Assembly: GCA_045538455.1 (NCBI GenBank)
Contig: JAZSRL010000008.1
Location: 9,162 to 73,161, forward strand
From: Clostridia bacterium
GTDB taxonomy: Bacteria > Bacillota > Clostridia > Christensenellales > UBA1242
Length of the DNA: 64,000 bases
Reading direction: 5' to 3'
The notes beneath the pieces are model-generated. The model was not told where the DNA came from and made no database searches. It was given only the letters and a program-made list of their open reading frames with translations. Each line of letters begins with the position of its first letter. Position 1 is the stretch's first letter. This document shows, one piece after another, positions 57,036 through 64,000 of the stretch. Both the position numbers and the translations under genes were made by a program.

Positions 57036-57968
57036 TTACCCCCTTTTGCCATAAGCTACGATAGCCGACAAATCTGAAACAACAACATTATCCGTGTTTT
57101 CGTCTGGGAGCCAAAGTGCTAACTTAAATTGGTCACCGTTGATGTTAACCCGAATTTTTTGCACTTTGTTTGCAGCTTTCACTTGGATATTGCGTTGAGT
57201 ACGATTTGACGAAACCGTCAAAATTAAATTTGTATTGGTTTTCAAAAAAACTTCTCGTAGTGTTTGTGTGTCGGTTGCATAGCCGAGACTAAACCAGTCA
57301 CTGCTCCAACGACGAGCACCACTGTCTTCCAAACTAGCTTTGAGTACTTCACTGTCGTCTGCCAAGTGTTCTAATGCAAAATTGCGATTCATCGTAAACA
57401 AACCATGCTCGCAAATTAACAGCAACTTACCACGGTAAAAGCGAATATCTAAACATGCACCGTGTGATGCTGGTAAATATAAAGCGTTTTCCAAGAATGA
57501 TCCGCTAGCCCACTCTCCCATTAAATCGACAGAGTAAGTAATACGATCACGATCTAGGCCCAATAAAAACAAACGATTATTCACCACTTCTATTGCAGGG
57601 GGAAAGACTGTTTGTTCCAAGACTTGAAATTCTTTCTTGTATTTATTAGCATAAAATAAACCTTCATTGTTCGAAGCAAAAATAAATGGTCCCCATACAA
57701 CCGCATGGTCATAACCATAAGTTTGCTTTGGTTCAACCAAGGTTAATTGGCTTGTTCCTTTTAGTCCTTCTAATTGGTTAGTATAAATTGTGTTTTTCTT
57801 TTTGGATACAGCTACGGGCAAGGCGAAACTGTCCAAGTTAAAACGAACGCTACGGTAGTTAGTGAACTGGCATGATGCGGGATTTACCATGCTGTGCCCT
57901 AAATAACCCTGCGTTGTATTTTTCTTGCCATACTTTCCATTCATTGAACATGCCTGCGACAAACGCAT
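57036..57968 (-). CDS. Hypothetical protein of the phage-like module (~285-310 aa)
   Basis: Last large ORF of the module, with no recognisable motif. An internal start near 57889 would remove the overlap with the upstream ORF. Confidence 0.5.
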   Translation of the reverse strand: MRLSQACSMNGKYGKKNTTQGYLGHSMVNPASCQFTNYRSVRFNLDSFALPVAVSKKKNTIYTNQLEGLKGTSQLTLVEPKQTYGYDHAVVWGPFIFASNNEGLFYANKYKKEFQVLEQTVFPPAIEVVNNRLFLLGLDRDRITYSVDLMGEWASGSFLENALYLPASHGACLDIRFYRGKLLLICEHGLFTMNRNFALEHLADDSEVLKASLEDSGARRWSSDWFSLGYATDTQTLREVFLKTNTNLILTVSSNRTQRNIQVKAANKVQKIRVNINGDQFKLALWLPDENTDNVVVSDLSAIVAYGKRG

Positions 57969-58191
57969 ATTCTGACAAAATGCCGTAAATTACAGTCGCA
58001 TTATCCAACCCATAATCTTCTGCAACAATCCTTGTGTTGTCGGATATTTCCCAAACACCCATTAAAGAATTGAGAACTAAACGAGCACACGCAAATAATT
58101 GTTGATAGTTATCGTCCGTAGTTGTATTTTGCCAATCAATGGTCAAGCCGAGAATGTCATTGGCATTACTAATTAAATCTTTCAAAATCAT
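57859..58191 (-). CDS. Hypothetical small protein of the phage-like module (110 aa; head completion/adaptor position)
   Basis: Position-based call only. Confidence 0.4.
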   Translation of the reverse strand: MILKDLISNANDILGLTIDWQNTTTDDNYQQLFACARLVLNSLMGVWEISDNTRIVAEDYGLDNATVIYGILSEYAFVAGMFNEWKVWQEKYNAGLFRAQHGKSRIMPVH

Positions 58192-58492
58192 ATTTTACAT
58201 AATCCTTTATTTGAGCTTTTATCGCTTGCATCTTTTTGGCTTGTTCTTGAAAAATGGCTGCATTCCCTTCGTCAATTTCCCGTTCGATGTCATCAGCATT
58301 TTCACGCCGCGTACGCTGTGCATATTGCAAAGTGCGTACATCAAGAACACCAAACGGGACGACGAAAGCTAATTTACCATGCCAATGAACCTCAAACCGA
58401 TTTTGTTCGCCGTGCCAATAAATTTCATAGAACGGGTCAATTTGCAAAATCCGCTCCGAGATATGAAATAGGTCATGATAAATTTTTTGCAT
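58169..58492 (-). CDS. Hypothetical small protein of the phage-like module (107 aa)
   Basis: Position-based call only. It lies immediately downstream of the capsid-like gene. Confidence 0.4.
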   Translation of the reverse strand: MQKIYHDLFHISERILQIDPFYEIYWHGEQNRFEVHWHGKLAFVVPFGVLDVRTLQYAQRTRRENADDIEREIDEGNAAIFQEQAKKMQAIKAQIKDYVKYDFERFN

Positions 58493-58497
58493 TTACA

Positions 58498-59709
58498 TTA
58501 CTCCGCTTTCCATTTTAAAGCCGAGAAACCACTGCAACGACCTTGCAAGAACGGTTTGTCGCAGATTAAGTCAGCATATTTAACCAAGGTAGCCATATAA
58601 GTAGCCTTACCAGGTACTTGTTTCAAGATGCTGCCGTCTTCGTTAGACAACCATGTCCAATCGCAAATTTGGTGCATTGCGAATGACTTGCTGTTTAAAG
58701 CATATAAGTTACCTGCTTGACATTTTACATCACTGTAAAGAGGAATGCCGTTAAAGGTGAACCCATGGAAACCACCAGCCAATTCAGTAGTTGCAATGTT
58801 TGAACGCGTACTTTTTAACGATTCAAAAATTGATTTTTTAACGCGTGGATGAGTTAATAAAATATCCGCTGGCATACTTTGACAATGTTCTTCGTATGCA
58901 TCTAAGAAATCCAATACAGTTTCTTCGTCCATTACGCGCAATTCTTCAGATGTTTCACGATAGTTGCATGGCAAGATACCAGCAGCTTTGTTAACATTGG
59001 TTCCATAGAAATTTTGCATGAAGATACTGTCAATACCATTCATACTGGTTTTATCATCATTTACATCGTAAACATAGAAACGATCTGCTTTAACTTCCAA
59101 CAAATCATCACTCAAAGTGATAATACCGGCCGGAACATTGACTTCGGTAACCAAGTTGTCACCATCTGGATTTGTTACTGCCAAACCAGCATTGTCAAGA
59201 ACTAATAATTCCATATCGTTGGTAAAGTTTTGAATATACTTAGTACCAACCTTAATCATTTTGCGTTCACTGCCGTAGAAAGCATCTTTATCAAAAACAG
59301 CTAACAATTTCATACCATTGCCATATAACATGGTGGTTAAATTGTTTTGTGCTGCAGATACCAAGTTTTGCATTTCTCCACCAAGCAAAGAAGCAAAGGC
59401 ATTTGGATCCAAAGACGCAGCTTTTAATGCTTTGTCGCTAATTTGGAAAGTTCCATATAAGTTTTTCAAAGGAACAGATAATTCGATTGATTTTTCATTT
59501 TCACCAACTGGTAAATCACCAGTCTCTGTACCAACACCAACTGAAGCTTGGCCATAGCGGATACTGAACTTAGCATCCTTACCGCTCGCAATACGGGTGT
59601 TTTCTTCAACCATTGTCAAAAATGGGTTTGTTTTTTTATTAATGTCGTTAATGACCGTATCTAAATAGATATTTTTTAACGCATTTTCTGCTGTTGCAAT
59701 TGTAATCAT
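58498..59709 (-). CDS. Phage major capsid protein-like (403 aa)
   Basis: The size and the position after a scaffold-like gene fit a major capsid protein. The N-terminal ALKNIYLDTVINDINKKTNPFL and the general composition also resemble major capsid proteins. This is not verified by any search. Confidence 0.6.
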   Translation of the reverse strand: MITIATAENALKNIYLDTVINDINKKTNPFLTMVEENTRIASGKDAKFSIRYGQASVGVGTETGDLPVGENEKSIELSVPLKNLYGTFQISDKALKAASLDPNAFASLLGGEMQNLVSAAQNNLTTMLYGNGMKLLAVFDKDAFYGSERKMIKVGTKYIQNFTNDMELLVLDNAGLAVTNPDGDNLVTEVNVPAGIITLSDDLLEVKADRFYVYDVNDDKTSMNGIDSIFMQNFYGTNVNKAAGILPCNYRETSEELRVMDEETVLDFLDAYEEHCQSMPADILLTHPRVKKSIFESLKSTRSNIATTELAGGFHGFTFNGIPLYSDVKCQAGNLYALNSKSFAMHQICDWTWLSNEDGSILKQVPGKATYMATLVKYADLICDKPFLQGRCSGFSALKWKAE

Positions 59710-60062
59710 TTTGAGACTCCTTTTTTGAAATATTCACAAGCCAACCGATCAGCTTGTACCAAAGTAGTTGGCTTCTTTTCTTTGGCGAAGTCAAAAGCAG
59801 ACGAAGAACTGGTCAACACCGTAGGTACCGGAACGCTGTTGTTTTGTAATAAATACTCCCGAATTATATCCTCCCGGCTGGGCATGGAGTTTATTTTCTG
59901 TTCCAGTTCTTTGTATGCTTGTGCTTTTTTTGTGAATGCACTTTGCAATTCACTGTAAGATTTTTGGAGTGCATTGATGTCCACAGTGGGTTGTATCTCC
60001 GCTTGTTCCAAAGTTACAGCTTGTGTAGATTCTTCGGTTATAACTTCATTTTGAGCTTCCAT
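59706..60062 (-). CDS. Scaffold-like protein (acidic, coiled-coil)
   Basis: The protein starts MEAQNEVITEESTQ, with a GGGAG RBS before the ATG at 60062. There is a 4-nt overlap with the capsid gene. The ORF-track start at 60161 overlaps the portal gene and is rejected. Confidence 0.5.
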   Translation of the reverse strand: MEAQNEVITEESTQAVTLEQAEIQPTVDINALQKSYSELQSAFTKKAQAYKELEQKINSMPSREDIIREYLLQNNSVPVPTVLTSSSSAFDFAKEKKPTTLVQADRLACEYFKKGVSK

Positions 60063-61113
60063 TCTCAACTCCCAAGATTGCAAGAATTTTTTGTCCAACT
60101 TGTTCGTAAACATCTTCAATACTTTGAATCGGACGGCGTAATTGTCGTTTAGCCAGTTCATTATAAATATTCAAAGTACCTTCACCGACCAAGGCACGAC
60201 CAGCCATACTTGTCAACAAATCGCCACCACAGCTAACCGTGTTAAATTCGGCTAATAAACGGTCTTCTTCTTTAGTTAGCTCGTCTGGAATTGAACCCGC
60301 TTCCATAAATTTAGGCTCACGATATCCTTGTTGATAGACAATAATTTTACCTGGACATAAACCATCAATTTCCAAGCTATCAACATCAACACTACCGTCT
60401 TCAACTGCAACTACTCCACAGGCCATACGACTCATAAATTCGGCGCGGCGATTTTTAATAGCGTTATAGGCGCGTTGCACCGGAATTACACGATCCACAA
60501 CCGATTTCCCAAAGAATTGCCCTGCCACTAATTCACTAGTACCACGCACAAACGGGAACGGATAAGGCAGTTCGCCATCGTAAACCAAGGCATTTTCGCG
60601 CACGATTGTTAAATGATTACGACTCCACTTTTCAATCACTAACTCATCGTTCACTTTTTTAGCGTGAATAATGGAACCAATTTCCGCCATGTTTGAAACA
60701 TCTAATTTGTCAGGATAAATTTCAAATGGTGAACAAACGCTAATCATGGGTTGATTGTCAACTTTGGTAACTTTGTAAAAGACTGAACCTGTAACTTCCT
60801 GCCAAAAATTACCTTCCTCAATCAAACGCTTGAAGCGTAGTTTTTCAAAAACAGAACGCACAAGTTCATCTTGTACTTCGGGTTGTACTTCGGCCAAGAT
60901 TGACAAGCGGTTTTCTACCAAAGGTCCAACATGATTAAAACTTTCGGTCGATTGCCAGTAATACTGCTTGTAAATATCAACATGTTGATCTCCGTTGTAA
61001 AAATTTAAATTGTTCTTCCATTTGTTTTCTAAACTAATGCGTGCTTCTTTGCGTGTTTCGAAATCATTAATGATGCTATCAATGATTTGTTTTTTACTTT
61101 GTTTAGTTTGCAT
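60046..61113 (-). CDS. Phage portal protein-like (355 aa, short)
   Basis: It lies between the terminase and scaffold genes. The N-terminal KWKNNLNFYNGDQHV resembles the portal N-terminal motif (W..n..fY.G.Q). Confidence 0.55.
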   Translation of the reverse strand: MQTKQSKKQIIDSIINDFETRKEARISLENKWKNNLNFYNGDQHVDIYKQYYWQSTESFNHVGPLVENRLSILAEVQPEVQDELVRSVFEKLRFKRLIEEGNFWQEVTGSVFYKVTKVDNQPMISVCSPFEIYPDKLDVSNMAEIGSIIHAKKVNDELVIEKWSRNHLTIVRENALVYDGELPYPFPFVRGTSELVAGQFFGKSVVDRVIPVQRAYNAIKNRRAEFMSRMACGVVAVEDGSVDVDSLEIDGLCPGKIIVYQQGYREPKFMEAGSIPDELTKEEDRLLAEFNTVSCGGDLLTSMAGRALVGEGTLNIYNELAKRQLRRPIQSIEDVYEQVGQKILAILGVENGSSK

Positions 61114-61136
61114 GACTCCTCCCCGCCAGTATTAAA

Positions 61137-62615
61137 TCACAACTTTTTCGACAAATATCGTTTTCCTGCCATCCTTTTGATTAAATTTTTTTTGGCTTGT
61201 CCCAATGTGTTTAAGCTAACGGCTTGCTCATGAGCTGTGCGCCGCCAATCCATGACAACATACCGCAATGCATCAATTGTATGGTCATTCACCTTTTGTG
61301 GTTGTTCGCCATCTCCCCAATAATAACCTCGCAATTCGCTGATTAAATGCACGCAGTTTTTAAACACAAATAAACTCCGCTTGCCATCGGCATTACCAAA
61401 ACAAGCCTTCATTTCTAACAACCCTTGTGCCAAGTTCTTATTGACATTGGTATCCACCAGTAACCCAAAGTTACGGTACTGCATAGCGGTCGAGACTTCA
61501 CAAGCTGAAGTTTTTTGATTAGCTGCACTATCAATTAAGACGCGCACTTTTTTTAAGTCCCAGCCTAAATCCCGCGTGCGCTGTAAGATAGCACGACTGT
61601 GATCTTCCACAGTTAAACCAGCGACTTCATAATCGCTTATCACATATAAATTTTCACCTACGCCAACCACCCACAATACGCCAGTCGGATTGCGATAACC
61701 AGGGTCAATCGCGATATAATACGCATCAGGTTCAGGCAGCGCAACAGGCTCTAAAATATTCGCAACATCAAAATTAGGAAAGACTAAACCTTCTGCCGCA
61801 ACAAAGTGTCCATGCTGTCGACTTTCTAAAACATCAGGTGGTAAGTTTGCAATCAAGAATTGTTTTTCTTCTTGCGTTAAATAAGGATTATCGTCCCAAC
61901 TCATCCAAAAGCAAGCAAGCTCGGGCAACCGCTCTTGCCGCAGATAAATGCGGTCATAAACCCAACTTCGTCCTTTCAATGGTGTCATTGTCACCCAGTG
62001 AATTCCACATCGGTCCAACAAACGCAATAGGCATTCGTCATAAATATCAGCGGGCGGCTCTTCATCAAACCACACATAATCCAAAGAAACGCCTTGAAAT
62101 CGTTCACGCCCTTGCTCACAATTACGAAATCCAATTTTACTAACGGTTCCAAAAATGTTACGAACTAAAATAAAATCAATAACACCATGTGCTGGTGAGA
62201 ATGAGCTCCCCGAAACCATCACGGTTTTAACAATCCATTCCGGTGGCAAGTATTGTAAAATTTTGGCTTGTGCAACATCACGCTGCACTTGACGAGTTAA
62301 GCTAACCACCCAGCCATCACATGCATGTTCGACTTTAACAAAGGGATGTAAGCCTGTCGCATACCAAATTGTTTCAATCGCACCACACACGCTTTTTCCA
62401 GTACGATTACCACCAAAGACAAAACGACATTTCGCAAGTGATTGATGGAATGCCAATTGCTTTTTATGTTGCCGCGGTGCTGCTTTAATGTTCTTATCAG
62501 ACATTTGTTTCGCGGTACGCACCTGCTGTTTAATTGATAAATTTGTCCAGTCATTGTATTGAATGAAAGGAGCATCTGACGACAAACTTTTTAGATTAAT
62601 GACATCATTTTCCAT
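61137..62615 (-). CDS. Phage terminase large subunit
   Basis: FGGNRTGKSV (Walker A), LDYVWFDEEP (Walker B), and the nuclease-domain motif IAIDPGY. A GGAGG RBS precedes the ATG at 62615. Confidence 0.82.
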   Translation of the reverse strand: MENDVINLKSLSSDAPFIQYNDWTNLSIKQQVRTAKQMSDKNIKAAPRQHKKQLAFHQSLAKCRFVFGGNRTGKSVCGAIETIWYATGLHPFVKVEHACDGWVVSLTRQVQRDVAQAKILQYLPPEWIVKTVMVSGSSFSPAHGVIDFILVRNIFGTVSKIGFRNCEQGRERFQGVSLDYVWFDEEPPADIYDECLLRLLDRCGIHWVTMTPLKGRSWVYDRIYLRQERLPELACFWMSWDDNPYLTQEEKQFLIANLPPDVLESRQHGHFVAAEGLVFPNFDVANILEPVALPEPDAYYIAIDPGYRNPTGVLWVVGVGENLYVISDYEVAGLTVEDHSRAILQRTRDLGWDLKKVRVLIDSAANQKTSACEVSTAMQYRNFGLLVDTNVNKNLAQGLLEMKACFGNADGKRSLFVFKNCVHLISELRGYYWGDGEQPQKVNDHTIDALRYVVMDWRRTAHEQAVSLNTLGQAKKNLIKRMAGKRYLSKKL

Positions 62616-62880
62616 AATTCCCTCCACTTAATCCGTTATCATAATGCCATGTATCCCATGTACTTTTATGTTTGCTTGCTTGCATCTCTAGCCAGTATGA
62701 CTATCTTGATTTTGTTGGCAATCTTTCCATTAAAACTACCTCTGGTACCCAAAGCGCACCACCAACTGCCATCAACACAAAGAAATGGCAAAGCACGCAG
62801 TCCAACTCACCCAAAGTCAACTTTTCCAGCATGGGATGCTTGGAACGATGATAACGAAGATCTTTAAACCATAACACACA

Positions 62881-62906
62881 AAAAAGCAGTTACGCGGAGT
62901 AACTGC
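62881..62906 (-). terminator. Rho-independent terminator of sigK
   Basis: GCAGTTAC-GCGGA-GTAACTGC with a T-run on the minus strand. Confidence 0.75.
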
Positions 62907-62933
62907 CACACAAATTAGGGGAATACTTTTGAC

Positions 62934-63644
62934 TTACCGAAAATCACGAAAAGCCGGCTGCCGCACCACTTCTTGTGCAAGTTCCAGCGCATGTTTTTCG
63001 ATACGAGAAATGTAACTGCGGCTAATGTTTAAATGTTTAGCAACTTCACGCTGAGGTAAAGCAACATGATCATTCAATCCATAACGAAGTGCAATAATTT
63101 TAAATTCACGCTCGCTTAATCGTTCGCGTAACGCCGCTACAAGTTTACGCATTAAATGTTTTTGCATTGCTTCATCAACTGCGGATTGTTCACGGTCTTC
63201 AGTGATAATGTCAACCAAAGATATTTCATTACCATCATGGTCATCGCCCAAGCTTTCGTTCAAAGAACCAACTTGTTGATGTTTTTTTGATACACGCAAG
63301 AACATCAAAACTTCGTTTTCAATACAGCGCGAAGCATAAGTTGAAATTTGCGTCCCCTTGTCAGCTTTAAAAGAATTAATGGCTTTAATTAAGCCAATGG
63401 TTCCGCACGAAATCAAATCATCGGCTTCGGCAGCTCCATTATATTTTTTCACAACATGAGCAACCAACCGCAAATTATGGCGGATTAAAATATCTTTTGC
63501 TTGCATATCGCCCTGCCAAAATTTTTGGAAGTAAGCTAATTCATCTTGCTTTGAAAGCGGTTTCGGAAAAGAATTTTTATCGTTAACTAACCCAGAGAAA
63601 AACAGTACTTTGCTTAAAAAAGTGATGAAATTTTCAAAAATCAT
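62934..63644 (-). CDS. sigK: Sporulation sigma factor SigK (with pro-sequence), uninterrupted
   Basis: NSFPKPLSKQDE after a hydrophobic pro-peptide, NLRLVAHVVKKY, RCIENEVLMFLR, and ISRSYISRIEKHAL. These closely parallel B. subtilis pro-SigK. Confidence 0.85.
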   Translation of the reverse strand: MIFENFITFLSKVLFFSGLVNDKNSFPKPLSKQDELAYFQKFWQGDMQAKDILIRHNLRLVAHVVKKYNGAAEADDLISCGTIGLIKAINSFKADKGTQISTYASRCIENEVLMFLRVSKKHQQVGSLNESLGDDHDGNEISLVDIITEDREQSAVDEAMQKHLMRKLVAALRERLSEREFKIIALRYGLNDHVALPQREVAKHLNISRSYISRIEKHALELAQEVVRQPAFRDFR

Positions 63645-63680
63645 ATCACACTCTATATGCAGAGCAAAGCAAATGTGTGA

Positions 63681-64000
63681 CTAAAGCAAGATACAAATAA
63701 TGCCACCCTTACCGTTGTTGACCACTTTGCCAATGGTTCGTTTCATTTGTCGCATTGCATTAGCCGGCATATTAGCAATTTTTGCGCCAACACCTTCTTG
63801 CATGATTTCATCTAAGGACTTACCAAAGATAGGCGTTTGCCATACAGCTTCTTTGTTTGTCTGATATTCACGCTCTAAAAACGCCAACATTTCTTTGGAT
63901 TGTTCTTGCGTGCCAATTGTTGGGGTAACTTCTGTACCAACATCGACTTTAATAATATGCAAACTGGGAGCAGTAGCGCGTAATTTCAAGCCATAATTGC
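63681..64000 (-). CDS. spoIVA: Stage IV sporulation protein A (partial; N-terminus beyond right window edge)
   Basis: The C-terminal ...MQEGVGAKIANMPANAMRQMKRTIGKVVNNGKGGIICILL matches the SpoIVA C-terminus. The frame stays open to the window end. Confidence 0.8.
   Translation of the reverse strand, partial: NYGLKLRATAPSLHIIKVDVGTEVTPTIGTQEQSKEMLAFLEREYQTNKEAVWQTPIFGKSLDEIMQEGVGAKIANMPANAMRQMKRTIGKVVNNGKGGIICILL

Larger units (their letters stand above)
56919..62627 (-). mobile_element. Orphan phage-derived head-morphogenesis/packaging module (no tail, lysis, integrase or replication genes)
   Basis: Collinear minus-strand genes: terminase large subunit, portal-like, scaffold-like, capsid-like, then three further ORFs. 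The module is bounded by pnp and by the sigK terminator. Confidence 0.7.

Noticed and set aside
62649-62867. 72-aa (+) ORF upstream of the terminase, considered as a small terminase subunit.
   Set aside because: It is on the wrong strand relative to the module and has a hydrophobic/Pro-rich, non-TerS-like sequence. The minus strand here offers only a 43-codon ORF with no support.
1-64000. Search for CRISPR arrays, retron-like msr/msd structures, or other regular short-repeat arrays.
   Set aside because: I found no series of regularly spaced 25-40-bp direct repeats. The only repeat families seen are the cassette-junction repeats and coding low-complexity tracts. No reverse transcriptase or cas-like ORF is present.

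Overview
Chromosomal segment from a low-GC, spore-forming Firmicute (Clostridia-like). sigK, spoIVA, gpr, a Spo0A C-terminal-domain protein and an ftsK/spoIIIE-type translocase are all present. Most of the window is minus-strand housekeeping: infB (runs off the left edge), dut, two separate class III ribonucleotide reductase pairs (nrdD/nrdG), archaeal-type aspS plus asnS, pyrG, a ParE/ParC-like topoisomerase pair, valS, pnp, rpsT, and four tRNAs (two divergent tRNA-Ser, plus Asn and Thr). Two accessory regions stand out. (1) About 7.4-22.3 kb is a visibly A+T-richer block abutting tRNA-Ser(UGA). It is built from gene cassettes separated by same-orientation repeats of the tRNA 3' end and its downstream flank. 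It carries small hydrolase/kinase cassettes, a large serine recombinase remnant, a Hachiman (HamA/HamB) pair, a Fic-like protein with a degenerate active site, and an atypical three-gene restriction-modification-like operon. That operon encodes a truncated methyltransferase-like protein, an Eco57I-like N6-adenine methyltransferase, and a T5orf172/GIY-YIG-like domain fused to an SF2 helicase. Immediately upstream of the operon is a ~140-bp segment bracketed by perfect hix-like inverted repeats, next to a Hin-type serine invertase. This is a candidate invertible promoter switch and I consider it the most interesting locus. (2) About 56.9-62.6 kb is an orphan phage head module (terminase, portal, scaffold, capsid and small proteins) wedged between pnp and sigK, with no tail, lysis, integration or replication genes. 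All domain calls rest on motif recognition by eye; no database search or computation was possible.
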